Below, piece after piece: positions 13,201 to 27,341 of a DNA stretch of 64,000 nucleotides. Numbering within the stretch: the first letter of the stretch is position 1; every line of letters begins with the position of its first letter. The notes beneath the pieces were generated by a model. It was given only the letters and a program-made list of their open reading frames with translations. It made no database searches and was not told the DNA's origin. The stretch covers positions 4,489,354 to 4,553,353 of the forward strand of contig OZ199838.1 of the NCBI GenBank assembly GCA_964304625.1, given 5' to 3'. The stretch comes from Kudoa neothunni (Eukaryota; Animalia; Cnidaria). The translations under genes were made by a program, and so were the position numbers.

Positions 13201-15967
13201 TAAAGGTGATTATTGTTGTATAAATGTTCAAGTTATTGTAATGAGATATGTATAGAACGAACTAAAATTATCGACCTAGATTATTCTATTTCAAACACTT
13301 CTGTATATGATTGTAATGATTCCAGCGGTAATATTAAATTTTATGTTAAATTGTGGGGTCATAAGTATTTGGTTGATAAATAAAGTTTCTTATTTTAAAT
13401 CAATAAATTAAACTACTGATTAATTTTATTAAGGATATGTTTGCGGCATTTTATAAATAATTTATCATTTTCGAATAAAAGTTTTTAATTGATTGAGTTT
13501 TAAATTTTACATAAGTTTTATATTTGAAGATAGAGAATCGTGTTGGTATGGTAATAGAATGACATTTCGATGAATAGGATTAATCTTGGTTGACCTCGTC
13601 AACATTAATAATGTTATATGCTAGTATTTTATTGTTTCAATGGTTTTTTAATTCAATTAAGTATATTTTTAAATAACCTTGTAGCATTAAAAAGGCTCAT
13701 TTTTATCTAAAATTTATTTCACATAATTGTTGTATAGCAGATTTTTCACATTTACACTGATTTTATCGAGTTTAGCATTGAAAATGTAAATTCTGTTTCA
13801 TCTTAATACATCTTTTATCGTATAATTTGAAATCCGAGCTAAAAAATCGTTTTCGTCCAGTTATTCCCAACTCATACCATGTTTGTATCATCTGTGAAAT
13901 ATAAAACAATAATTGCGCCCTTGGGTATGTTAAAATTAATCTCGCATTTTATTTTGAAGGCCTGTCAAAAAAATATATCAAAATTGTGGAATTTTTAACA
14001 ATTAACAGAATATTTATAATTAATAGTTAATGTTTTTACATTAATTTTAAAAATTTATGACAAATAATATTATTACATTGTCGTCTATCCATCCATCCTG
14101 AGTAATTATATACTCCAAACCAAATTTAAGCTTAAATTATGACAGGAAAATACATTGTTGAGAAATAATTTCTTTATTGAGTTTATTTGGTTGCATCATA
14201 TTATGATGAATATTTAAAAATTTAAATATTTGAATCAAAAAAGAAATAATTTTTTAATTCGTTTATTTGTGATAATTATTCATTAATACGTGAGCAATAA
14301 AATGAGAAAAGGGAATTGACCCTATATTTGTTTCAAAGTTAACGTTGAAAAAGTCTCAGGAATAACAATTTACGGACTGTTTTAAGCATGGAAAAATTGG
14401 TGTTATAAACTGGAAATAAAATAAAATGTTAAATTTAAGTGTTAGTACACATTTTGATTATTTTCTATTCCATTTTAATATTACACAACATTTTAAATAT
14501 TGCTTATGTATTTTTAATATCAACTAACTCATATTAAGTTCAATATAATTAATAATTTAAGATTTATTATAACGGTTCAAACTATTTCTATTTAATCATT
14601 TTACACAAAAAATTGTTTAACCCATAATTTAGATGGGTAAGACCCTACATAGTGTCTAGGGGGAAACAAAAAATATTTTCTATAACAATCCATATCATTG
14701 TCATCCTAAAAATGTTCGCTATTGAGGGTTTGATTTACGAATGAAACATTCATTGGAGAATTTATTAATTGATGCAAGACCTCTTATACCTGGGCCGAGT
14801 TTTACATGGTCATATCGAGCAAAAATATTTATTAGGTAAAACTTTAAGTTAAAGGAGCCTAGAAAATATAAGCCGACCTGAAATGATGTATATAATTGGA
14901 TAATGAAAAGAAAATAACCTCAGTCTGACAAATTGTTAACTGGGTAACTCTCGTTGTCAGCAATCTTTAATAAAGTTTCAGTAAATGCCCATTTATTTAA
15001 CATCCTCATACAGGTTTGTTTCATCTTAAATAATAGTAAACTATATTGTCTAAACAACAATAATAATTGAAAAAAAGGCTCAGGATAACATATACGATCA
15101 ATAACTGGTTTAAGGCATTTCCAATTTTTAGGGCCTTTGAAAAACGATAAAATTCCAGTAATTGAATGTTAAATATTTATATAATTTTTTCTTAAATGTA
15201 TATTAAAAAAGTTTATGTGTAAATAATATATTAAGTTTCTAAGTTTTCCACAATATAATCACGTGATTCATAAGTTTCGCGTACTTTTTCTTGGCATGTT
15301 TTCTTTTGAAAATTGATCAATAAAGTTTAATGCTAAACAAAATCAGCCCCAGTAACGGAAAGACTAAGGAAAAATATATTATAAAAAATGCTTTCACATT
15401 ATCTTTCAAAGAGGAGCCACGTCTGCTAATATAAAGGACTTTACCATACTCTTCATACCAAACCTTAGTGTTATCTTAACCCACAAAAATAAGATTATTG
15501 TTGTTTTAAAAATCACCGATTACTTTTCGCACGTCATTAATTTATTTATATGAATTAAAATAATTAATAATTCTTGGTTTAACTAAAAATAATCATCATT
15601 TACATCTATTTATTAAATTCAATTGAGTCAAAGAGCCATGGATATAATTGTACACGCACGCATAAGGCGCATAAAGTCAGCGTGAGACTAAGTTTACATA
15701 CTTTTTTCGCTGTTTTAAGGAGATTTCTTAAAATCAATTATCTAATGTGTGTATTTTGATGAAATATTAGATTAAAAACGAATGTAAATCCCATTCTTTG
15801 TCAAATTATATATTTGGTAAAATGTACACTAGAGAATACATTAAAAAGATGTGAATCTGTTCAGAAGCGGTATTAACGGTAAAAACGCGGAATAGCGCAC
15901 GCAAGTGTGCATATGGTCCACGAGGATTAACGATAACTATAATAATTTATAATTGATAATTTAGAGC

Positions 15968-16031
15968 AGTGGTAGGCACAACTTTTGAGTGTGCGGGCCA
16001 CATTGGCACATTACAGAAGTTTGGAGGGCCG
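15968..16031 (+). mobile_element. Isolated hAT-type (Buster/Charlie-like) terminus
   Basis: CAGTGGTAGGCACAACTTTT...GCGGGCCACATT...GGAGGGCCG, preceded by ATTTAGAG. Partner end not found. Confidence 0.45.
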
Positions 16032-18977
16032 TGTTGTTGACGTTGCGTTTTCTAACGACTTAAATACCTATTAGTAGCTTTCCTAACATTTTTGGTACAA
16101 AAAAGTATGTATATAAATTAATTTAAAACCGCTTCCAATTAGATTAATTTAATAAGGAATTATAGATTTTTATAAATACAGAAAATGCATGATTGGTATA
16201 CTTTTGTAAGTTACAACTGAAATAATCGGATTTATACTTAATAAATTTTTATCTTATCTGAAATTATGAAAACTTTATTATTATTATTATTATTCATTAA
16301 GTAGATACGAAATATTTAAACAATAACTCTGATAGAGTTATTTCATAGTTATTTTTAACATGACATTCAATATATTATACCATACTTTAACAAGAGGCAT
16401 ATGTTATAAATGTGAATATAATCAAGTTAATAAAAATTAATTACATTTCTGATATTTCAGACTACAATAAATTTGTTGTGTTTTGAATGTCGCCGACGAA
16501 TAGAAGTAATCTTCCTAAAATTATTACGAAATATTTCAATAACAAAAAATGATTTAAATAACGTGAAATTATAAAAATCGAAATTGTTGATAGGTATAAA
16601 TATAATATTCATATTTTTAAAGCTTTGTAAAATTATTTTTCAGAATAAAAATCCCTCCGAAAAAATCATCATGAATTATTATTTGTTATATTTAATCAAT
16701 TCTCATTATTTCACTTAATTATATCAATGGATAAAAAATATTTATCTTAAGGCTTTAACTCTTAATTGAATGGAATTGGTTGTTATAACTTTCAAAATAT
16801 TTTAAGACCGATTATTCTTTATTGTTATCGTTGATTTTCTCACTGAATTCCTCATGTTTCGTTTGGTGACGACGCTTCAAATTATAGTGCTGTAATATAG
16901 CAACTGATTCAAGAGGGCAAAAATACACCACATTTCTCATTAAATGAGTGGAAAAACATTTTTGAGTCTAATCATCACTAAAATTAGGGTTTTCGTCAAT
17001 AACCGTATGTTATATGGACGACACTTATGTATAGTTGTGCAAAAACGTGTCGTCAAAAAACGACGATTAATAAGGGAAATTTGAGCACATTATCATTCGA
17101 TAAAATTAAGAAGATAAATAAGAAACAATTTCTACATTAAGCTGATAAATGTTGATGCACCTCTGTTATAATCATTTACGTTTAAAAATCCAAGGATATC
17201 TAGAAAATGATACAAATTGCATCGACCTTATACCTTTTTAAATACAGCAATAAATAATTTTTTCTTTAATACATCGTTTGAAATGAATGTTATGGGAATG
17301 ATTCTCATCGTGTTAGGTTTCAAATTTAGATATGAGCATCGTAAGCTCATGGTTTCTAACATTTGGTTATTTCTAGAATCTTTTTGTTGCAAATAAAATC
17401 TCACGTACCAATTTTTCTCGAAATTGATAACCTGCTATTTTGTTTTTAGCACCTATTAAACCTTACCTTGATCACTATTACATATTATAATCATAGGTAG
17501 GGTGCAAGAGTAAAATTTCAAATCAGATAACGAAACCGTGTAAATATAAATTTATTAATCCACAATTTTTCAACCTTATAAACCTGTCCATGGGGACTTC
17601 TGTGGGTTTCTTTGGCTCATAGTAGCCTTTTTAAACATAGCCAAAGATTTCCAATGTTTTGGGTACGGACCTCACGATTTTCTGGATCAACAAAGTTTTC
17701 GTCATGTATGATTACAAAATGATTTATCCGAATTGCCCAATATTGTGGTAACCTCGCCATCCGTCAGTAATAATAGTAGTGCCTGGCCCAATTCTTCGCT
17801 GAATAATTTCAAGAAGAATTGATGCCGTTCCGTCGTCAACAAACTCAACAAAAGCTTCAAATTTGTGGTTTTCATCTTGTTTGGGACATATTCCTCCGAA
17901 GAGCCATTGTTCTTTTGTAACTCTTCCGTGATTATATTTAAGTCGGACAATGAGAGTTTGTTAAACAATCGAGATTTTTAGGGAGGAGAAAAACGTCGAA
18001 AAAAAACATTTTTTAGGTTTACGATTATGCGCATTTCTGTAATTTTCGGAGGTTATAAATAATCTTAATAAATGATTATAATAACAAAATAGAGAGATTC
18101 CGATTATTCTAGATAGGTGCGCCGCAAAGACTACCAATTCAATTTAGAAGCACATTGAAAGCTCCGATAAGAATCAATTGAATAACGAAAAATGTCGACT
18201 GCGATTGTTGAATGAAAAATGCCGTAAATGTGTCTATAAAGTTAAGGAGGAATATTTATATTCAAGCGACCTATCAAAAAAATGAAAGCACGAATTTTTG
18301 ATGTTAGCAATACTAATAAGTTTATGATATAATACAAAAGAAGATATGTCGAAATATAATATGAGGATTTATTTAAAAAATAATTTTTATCCTTTTGAAT
18401 TCCCAAAATAAGAATATATATTTTATAACCCTTAAATATAAATAAATAACCTCCAAAAAACATTTATAATATATGCGTTTCGTGAAAAAATTAATAATAA
18501 AATTTAAAATGAAGATTTTAAATTATGGATAAATTGTGCTTAAAAATTTACCCAAGTCGTTATTAAAAAATTTTTTTAATAGTTTTTAACTATTAAGCTA
18601 AAATAATTAAAATAAAATGAAACAGAAAAATAATGATGAGGTATTTATTTAAAGGTTGGTTGGTACATTCATGAAAATTTTTCAGTCGGTTTGCCAAACT
18701 CATGATATCATATATCGCCTATTCTGGTGGCACATTTATGTCGCTTCTGTAGGTGAATTAAATTCTGGGTTGAATGGCAAATGTGAATAGCTTAATTCTT
18801 CTACATTGTCAAATGTTCCGCGTGTTATCGGTTTGTATTAATTGAATTGCATGAATCATTAGTATTGCAAACCGAGCACTAATCATAAATAGATATAACT
18901 TTGTCTCGAATGTGCACATTCTCTCTTATATAAAAATTAATATTAAATAACTTGACTGCGAATTAAACACTCTAAAA

Positions 18978-20068
18978 ATGGCTAAAGTGTTGTTAAAAAA
19001 CATGAAAAAAGTAAGAAAACAACTTTCACATTTTCCTTTTACGTTTCTTACTAGAGGTTGTCTGCAACCATTAGAAAAGGTACCGATCCCAGTTCATTAA
19101 CAGATGACTCATTTATAGTTATCGGAGAAAGTATGTATTTCGCTAAAAATTATCTTCAACCAAATTCATACACCCCATAATTTTTTATTCTCATTGGATT
19201 TTTCGATGGACTGGGTTAATTTAGGTGAAATATTTGGTCAACCACTCTCCAGTTTGACTCAAAATCACGAAAATCGGCTGCCAGATTTCATTTTTCAAAT
19301 AATAACAACAATGGAAAAATTTGGAGGTATCTTTGTTGTTAGTTAAAACAAAATACTGATAGTTAATTTAGGGCTAAACATAATAGGTATTTATAGAGAG
19401 AGTGGGAACGGACATTCGATGAAAACTATAATTGATAATATAACTCAAAGTGAATGAAATAATAACCTATTATTAGATTGTTGGTATAGATAATGAAATT
19501 AAAATACCATCCAGTGAACAAGAATTGCATGATTTAGCCAATGTGCTTAAATATTTTATAAAAAATGTACCCGAAAGTGTTATATGTGACCCACAATCCA
19601 AAATAATTATCGAAGTTATGAGTAAATTATTTTTCAGGTCTTCAATTTTTAAATATTTGTACGTTTGTGTGAAAGAATCTGGTTACAATAACGAAGCTGT
19701 TGCAGAATGTCTAGCCCAATTACCATTACCACATAGAGCATTTTTGTTCGTGTTATTCAATCATCTTTTAGCGTAATATTTTATGATCAAAAATTTATTT
19801 TGAATTATACCTTAACAGGATCTCCGACAAAAGTGATGTCAATAAAATGGATTCATTCAATATTGGTGTGTGTCTCGGCCCTACACTTCTACCATATCAA
19901 ATGAACTCTGATTTTATCGAGTTGCTACATCAAAACGAACTTGTCAATATGCTGATTAAAAATTTTTCAACTGTTTTTGTAGAAAATCAACCCTTTATGG
20001 AAGGGGTTATTTCAATGATTCCTGAACAATACCAATCAAAATATGAATGTTTGAAATTGCAAACTTGA
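18978..20068 (+). CDS. Small stand-alone RhoGAP-domain protein (7 exons)
   Basis: Spliced across six short GT-AG introns: EIFGQPL...LPDFIFQII...GLNIIGIYRESG (arginine finger)...HDLANVLKYFIKNVPE...LPLPHRAFLFVLFNHL...NKMDSFNIGVCLGPTLL. Stop at 20068. Confidence 0.9.
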
Positions 20069-20293
20069 AGATTCTAGAGAAATTTTTATAGAAAAAAATT
20101 TGACTACTTATAATGTGATTTTTTTGAAGGGAAATGTTTTTTCTAGTCTTATAATCATTCGAACACAATAATAGCTTAATTCCTAATTCATCGCCCAACC
20201 TCCTTAATTTCAAGTTGTTATACTTACATAATTTTTATAAATAAAAAAATGAGACATGATTTATAAGCAGAAAAATAAACATTGTTAATCAAA

Positions 20294-20865
20294 CTATTTT
20301 CTCCCATTGGTACAAATTGCATAGCATTCTTCGGCAGTAGAAAAATTATTAAGGTTTCCTCCACAACCACTGAACACAAATTCCTCACATTTTTTATTGC
20401 TTGGATTGTAGAAATACTTCACAATCAAACTCTTACAATCGCCGTATATTGGCACTTGTTCACAGATATTTTTCTTAGTGAATTCTAACAACAAAAAATA
20501 GATCATCGTGTGCTATTATTCAGCCTTGGATGTGGTACTTTGATTGCACGTAGCCATACAATTCGAGTAGGATTTGAAATTGTTGTTATTCCCGCCATGA
20601 CCTTTGTATATAAAATTATGACACACTTTCGTAAAGTCGCTGTAGTGATAACGACTTAAACGAATTAGCCCATAACCAAGCTCAACGGGTAAAAAACATC
20701 TGAGAGGCGCATCTAAATGGTGAATTGGTTAGCGAAGCTACACGATCAACTATTAGGCATACCAAGTTTTATATCTCCGGAAATAGTTTCCGTTAACGAC
20801 AGTCTAACTGGAGCAAACTCTACCCAATATATAACTGTTAATAAGAATGCAACTGTTTGAAGCAT
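20294..20865 (-). CDS. Secreted tandem Kunitz/BPTI-domain protein (3 exons)
   Basis: Exons 20865-20751 (signal-like MLQTVAFLLTVIYWVEFA), 20712-20539 (CFLPVELGYG..RYHY...CHNFIYKGHGGNNNNFKSYSNCMATC) and 20484-20294 (CEQVPIYGDCK..KYFYN...CEEFVFSGCGGNLNNFSTAEECYAIC). Introns of 38 and 54 nt, both phase 1. Confidence 0.9.
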
Positions 20866-21365
20866 TTTTTGATTATGTCTATAGTGAATTACAATGCAAC
20901 GTGATAGGTATCTCCTGTGAGATGATATCACTCGAATGTAACCTTGATCACCAATTTAAAAGTCTTCAAAATTTACTAACTTTGTAATAAAACCATGACA
21001 ATAATTTCCCCTATTTTAAATTACGTATAAATCAAATTGAGGCCTAATCTTTCAACTGTTTTTGGATTTAACGTTTAGCATTGCTAAACGATGAGTTAGT
21101 TAGTTACGTTATATTAGGAATACATTAAAGCCCTATTCGACAAAAAACGGTTAAATCAGGGTATTAGGACTTTTGTCGGAGTAACGATACACCCTGAACT
21201 ATGAAGGAACTACGTAATTTCAAAACCCATTTGGGTGTCTCAGCGTAGATTATCACTCAACCAGAATTATTGTTGAAAGATCATACTTAGTTAAATTTTT
21301 ATCAATTGATTGAATTCTTACGCATTAAAATTTTCCAATAACGTAACAACAAGATTATTAAGGTA

Positions 21366-23102
21366 CTAGCGCAAAAGCCCCGCTTCGCATGGGCTTCCCT
21401 GCCCGGCCAAATAGATTAAAGTCTTAAGTAGGTCAAGCTCATTTGAAGTTCAAAGTAAATTAAGAGTATTTAGATCAATAGTACAAAGATTATCTAATTA
21501 ACGGACGATTTATTTAACTAATTGGGCGCATGAACCTTATTTAATATTTTTAAAAACGAATAAACACTATTGAGCGTTTAAATTTCCTATGTAGAGCTCT
21601 TAAAATATCGATTTTCTCCTTGTTGTTTGTAGTAGTCTCTAAATAATACCCTATGAATAGGACTAATCCTGTTAAACATTAACAAATGAATTCCGGCTAA
21701 ATTACAGTGACCGCGCATACAACCGGGGAAAATGAAACGCCTCGTAAAATGTCGGAAAAATAAATTTTTACTACTTAAAAGCCATTGTATATTTAAATAA
21801 AGTCGATAATCCTTTTATACTATATTTCTTTCGAAATATGAAATCAACAACATAGTTAGGAAGTGTTTCTGGGGTTTTATTGGTGGCGTTTCTATAATTT
21901 CTTTTAAAAGCCCCCCATGTAGCTTCTATTTTGTTAGTGCGGACCCCCTCAATAGAAACAAACCTTCTTTTGCGGATCACGGTACGGTGAAAAAAACCTA
22001 GATCCTTCAAACTGTTGTAACCTTTCCAGTCATCGGTTCAAATAGTTGACTCTTCCTCTACATTCTCAATAATTATTCTTTCTAGAATATCCCTATTTCC
22101 TTTTTGTGTTATTTTCAAAAAGAAATTTCCGTCTTCGTCTATTCCTCCCACCATCCAATACTGTTGATTCCGAAGAATTCTTCCAAGGTTGAACTTCCTT
22201 TTTGATATGGCGGTCTCATCTATTTGTACTACAACATCCTTCCCGCCTATTCTAGAAAATTCCTCATCTAGTTTAGATGCCATCAAATCTGTAATGACGT
22301 TTTCCAATCATTTAGGTTGGAGTTTGAAGAAATTTTAGTGTGTTTACGTATATCATCGTACGTCATTGTTGGATGTCGGATTATCGTTGCTATAAAAATA
22401 AAAATTTTCCACAAAGGAAGTCGAGAAATTCCAAAAATAGTTCCTTTTCGTATCGACGTTTTTTTGTTGCATGAAATATATTTGTATTGATAACCATCAT
22501 CAGCGTCTTTTCTCTTAACTAGAAACATTTGACCGCCACAAAAACATTTTGAATAACTCTTCATAGGACCCAGATTTCGCATTGTTTTTATTGTATATTC
22601 AAGGTCATCGCGGAAATAACCATAATCCAAGCTTGTAATCTCATCAATATTCTCTAATGTAAATATTTTTTTGTGTGATTGCATCGTGTTAGAAAGAATC
22701 GAGACCTTCCGAAATTCACCGATTGGATGCAAGGTCCGGTGTAATCTAACCTGAATTTCATATTACTGCTTGGCTACATAACCTGATATCACCTTATTTA
22801 ATTGAACTAATTCAATTACTAAATTACTTTTCAATAATTTTAAAGTAAAATAAACATTTTCTAACCCTAAAGAAATGATCTATATGTTTGCATAAATCCT
22901 CTAATCATACCAATTATGCTACGTGAAAATGTTTTTAGTCATTTTGTAGGATGCAAACCTTTTATAATTTTTTACGTATTTTTCTGTGTTAAAATAAAAT
23001 TTTATCTTTCCATATATGTGCTCCAATAAAGCAATAGATCTTTCTATAAAGAATGAAAAATGCATACACACACAGACACTTCAACTTTATATGTATAGTA
23101 GA
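21366..23102 (-). mobile_element. Non-autonomous Helitron
   Basis: On the minus strand, 5' A|TCTACTATACATATAAAGTTGAAGTGTCTGTGTGTGT and a 3' GC-rich hairpin GCCCATGCGAAGCGGGGC followed by CTAG|T. Inserted between A and T with no TSD. Confidence 0.75.
21695..22751 (-). mobile_element. Merlin (IS1595/ISXO2-like) transposon with frameshifted transposase, inserted in the Helitron
   Basis: Imperfect TIRs GGCTAAATTACAGTGACC / GGTTAGATTACACCGGACC. 8-bp TSD TGAATTCC(21687-94) / TGAATTTC(22752-59). ORF fragments SIRKGTIF, VVQIDETAISKRKFNLGR..QYWMVGGI and GVRTNKIEATWG. Confidence 0.88.
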
Positions 23103-23957
23103 TGTACCTCTGTTTAAACTTCATTTTTTTATTAGATGCCACATTGATGTAACTGTAAAAACTTAATAATTGTTTAATCGTGGTAAAAAAAGAATGAAAA
23201 CGCTTAATTTAATCACGTGGTCAAGGAAAAGGGGATACGTATGGCCGATCCTCACGTGACTTTTTATTTTTCGTTTATTCGTAGCATTTATTCTTATGGA
23301 TTGTTTTTAGGAAGTGGCTATCGATACGGATCATATTATCTAGGTAGGTATAGTTTTGACCATACTTAATTATTTTTGTACCACCGCTTCGCTCTTAGGG
23401 GTCAGAAATAATTAGCCCTTTGTCGCAAGCACGTGATATTTTTTGCGCGATAGCTCGTGTTCCACAATAACTACTTTCTCTGTATCACATTTGTTCGCAT
23501 ATTTTTGGCTAGTCTATAACATATTATAATTCGATGAGCCAAACAGATTTTACGACCTCAATAACGATGAATCTGGTTCTTCCGAATCAGATTCATATAA
23601 TAGCTCAGACTTCGACTGTACCACGTTTTTTGATGATGAATGGAGAACAATAGTTTCGAAGTGTCATAAGGTGACACGGATGAACATAAAGATAACTCTT
23701 CACCTATTTTGAATCCAAAGTCACATACTACTATGTTTGACTGGTGCCAGAAGCCTGTGAGGCTATTTTCAAAGAAAAGAAAGCATGATATGATTATGGA
23801 GAAACGTCAAATAAAAATCCCTGATGATGTATACACAGAGCCTCAAATTTGGTGTCTATTCATTACTGATGAAATATTACATCGAATATTTATCTTTACA
23901 AATAATCACCTGAAGAAGATACAATCAAATTTCACAAAATTATGGGATTGCGTTGAA

Positions 23958-26545
23958 GGTAATGGGGAAGTATCCACCTCCAAAAATTCGCCCTTTTGCG
24001 CTAATGCAAACCTACCGATTTTATTACAAATTGTCTTTATACATTTTTTAAATATGGAGTGATCACAAATATCTTTAAAAATATCAGTTTAAAAAAATCA
24101 ATAAAAATGCAGCTTTGGCCATTATCGTAGCGTGTGTTCATTTTTTGCGCTTTATTTCCCTAAGTTGTCACATATATGCAACTTTGAGACTATTATTATG
24201 CCCAATTTAATTATATTTTGTAATATCATTACAATTATCAATAGATCGCTACTTTAGTTCTACATTTTGGGTGTTAGATATAGTTTTTGTGATTTTAATT
24301 ATTAATTTAAAAAATCTTTATCAGAGATGAATTAATGAGTTATATTTAAAAAGTTTCTGAAACACGCTACCTACTGAAGCTTAGTAATGGTAGAATTTAA
24401 GTCACAGCGCCAGTTTTACAAGCTGCTTCTGGATCAAGAAACATTGCTAAACTTCTTAACCAGGAAAGGTCTATTGCAGTAAATGCCAAACAGGTGCAAG
24501 AATTGTCGTAGGTACAACACCTATAAATTAAAGATTGGACGAAGGTTAAAAAACAATTCTACAGACCTACAATTTATTTGTGAATCAGAAAAATTCGCTT
24601 ATATTTGTTCAGAGTAATTTTATGTTTCTGAAATTATTCTGAATATACTTATAGAAGTGATTGTAAGACATGCTTCTCTCCAAGAGCCTCAACTTTCTTT
24701 GGAATTATGAATAAATTCCAAGATAATTCTTCAAAATTATCGGTTTCCCATATTTTTGAACTGGTTTATTCGTGGGCTATGGAAGAGCTTAGATGCCAGG
24801 CGATTACTTTAACTGGAATAACAGGAAAGACTATTACATACTGGTATTCATCCTTAAGAAAAATTTTTTGGGGAAGTTTTCAGCGGCGTGACAAATTCGA
24901 CGGAAAAAGAATTATTGAAATAGACGAATGTCTTTCGAGGGGAAAACGGAAAAATAATCGTGGTAGGTACTTGGGAGCAGATGTCTGGAGAAGCGCCCCT
25001 AATGAAACATATTCTCCATCATCATCTGATGATGATGATGATGATGATGACATGGATGATGATTCTGTTGGCACTAATGTCGAAAGATATGGGAATAGAA
25101 TAGAAGGTCCGTGGGTAGTTGGGATTTGTGAATGTTCCGTTGACGATGATGGTAGACGTAAATTGCTGGAGTCAAGATTTTTCATTGTGGATCGAAAGGA
25201 TAAATGTACCCTTATACTCCTAATTATCCAAGAGGTATCACATGGCTCCACAATATACACAGACGGATGGAAAGGGTACAAACGGTTAAGAATTTACGGA
25301 TATAACCATATAGCTATAAATCATTCAAAAGAATACGTTACAGCTAACGGGGATCATACAAACACTGTAGAGGTTGTATGGCACCATTTAAAAACGAAGC
25401 ATTTGCGAAGGATGAGTGGTGTGCCGAAAGATATGCTTCATTTGTATCTGGCTGAGGAGTGGTTACGATCGAAACATGAAAATTCATGGGAGTTTTTCGA
25501 TTTTATTTTGAAAGAAAGTACAAGAATATATTCCATTACCAATAATAATAATAGTAGAAATAATGAAAATTAATTTATTCAATTTTATTGTATGATTCTT
25601 CTTCGATTTGCGGCCACACATTTAGTATCTTTTATATAAGTACAATTTAAACTTTTTTATATTGTATCATTAAGCTATGTACATTTAAAAGTTATAGAGA
25701 ATATAGTTTTCACTACGGAAGTTTATTACCTATATTTAAAAGTTAATCATTCGATTGATAGAACATAAGCTCTATCGAATGAATTCACTAATGCGTTAAA
25801 AAGCGACATATATTCTTGTGTTCCGATAATTTTTTTAATTCCAAATAATATAAATTGTTTCAAAAATTACAACAACCATTGGTTACTTGTCGGTTGTCTT
25901 GGGTGACGAAATAAAAATAAACAAAATGCTTCATTCTTATCATGTTTGCGTTTGTCTAGACTCTAAAACTAGAGATCATTATGTAAACTTCACACTCCAA
26001 ACGAATTCTTTTTATTATGAATGTTTCCATTCAGTGATTGTATTTTCCATTATACAGTAATATATTAAATAATTTATAAGTTCCTAATGTATTACAAATA
26101 TGGGAAATATTACGATAGTCAGTAATATCACAATTATTCGCACTATTAAAAAAAATAAACTAAACTTTCAATTTATAAAAAATTTTTCTTGGTAGAAGTT
26201 AATTTAAATTCAAACAAATTATCGAAATCTATTACTGCTGAGTCAAATATGATTTTAACACTTAAATGCTATAATATGACTAGTTTGGAGATAATGATAG
26301 CCTCAAAGTTGCATATATGTGATAACTTAGGGAAATAAAGCGCAAAAATGAACACGCAAAGTTGTGCGCACGCTACGATAATGGCCGAAGCTGCATTTTT
26401 ATTGATTTTTTTAAACTGATATTTTTAAAGATATTTGTGATCACTCCATGATTAAAAAATATATAAAGACAATTTATAATAAAATCGGTAGGTTTGCATT
26501 AGCGCAAAAGGGCGAATTTTTGGAGGTGGATACTCCTCCATTAAC
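23958..26545 (+). mobile_element. Merlin transposon with ~240-bp TIRs
   Basis: TIR GGTAATGGGGAAGTATCCACCTCCAAAAATTCGCCC... (23958-24195) is inverted at ~26295-26545. Perfect 8-bp TSD GCGTTGAA (23950-57 and 26546-53). Confidence 0.93.
24387..25573 (+). CDS. Merlin/ISXO2-like DDE transposase (2 exons; one in-frame stop in exon 1)
   Basis: IEIDE...PWVVGI...IYTDGWKGY...NHSKEYV...HTNTVEVVW...YLAE in ORF 24707-25573. An upstream exon with a CxxC zinc ribbon joins in frame via intron 24614-24654. TAA at 24480. Confidence 0.85.
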
Positions 26546-27341
26546 GCGTTGAATTCGATTTGTGTGAATTGAAGGCATTTGTTGGTCTACACTATTTTTT
26601 AGGGATTAAAAAAGCGAATCTAACAGATATGCAGGAACTTTTGGTTGATGATGATGATGATTTTGGTTTCGCCATTTGCAGAAAGGCATTCGGCAGTAAC
26701 AGTGTCAGATATTTTTAGCCGCGTGTTATAAATACAACTTATTAATGCAACAACAACAACAACAATACCGACTATTCAAAATTATCAAGTGTTCTTCGTT
26801 GTTTGTTATTTTGTTGAATAAAATAACAAACAATAACTAATCCGTATCAAACAGAGTTAAACTTTTAGAAAGATGCCTACGCTATAACGGTGATTCTACT
26901 GAATCAGCGAGCTCAATACAAGAGAGATTTTCAAAAATAAGGGATATTTTCAATTATATCAACTCCAAATTTATGAAATATTACAGCCCCACAGAGTATC
27001 TCACTATTGATGAAATGTCGAGGCCGTTTAGATGACGATGTATTTTCAAACAATACATTCCATCGAAGTCTTCCCAATATGGCATCAAGATATTTAATTT
27101 ATGGGACTCTAGAACATATTATACACTATATCTTGAAGCATATCTTTGAGCTCAATGTGGTAGTGTATATAAAGTTGATAATTCTCCACAGCGTTGAGTA
27201 ATGCGTCTTGTAAAACCATTGTTACAATCTAGAAGAAATATTACTTTAGACAATTGGTTCACTGCCATCACACTTTTTGAAGAATTGCTAAACAATGGCT
27301 TGACTGCGGTTGGAACTACAAGAAAGAATAAAAAAGAAATC

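Noticed and set aside
17580-17968. 88-aa minus-strand ORF
   Set aside because: No recognisable motif or splice context; cannot be supported as a gene.
24880-25281. 133-aa Ser-rich antisense ORF
   Set aside because: Shadow of the Merlin transposase and its (GAT)n repeat.
21771-25573. Bacterial IS1595 contamination or horizontal transfer
   Set aside because: The elements are nested in eukaryotic TEs, one has a spliceosomal-type intron, and composition matches the host; they are eukaryotic Merlin.
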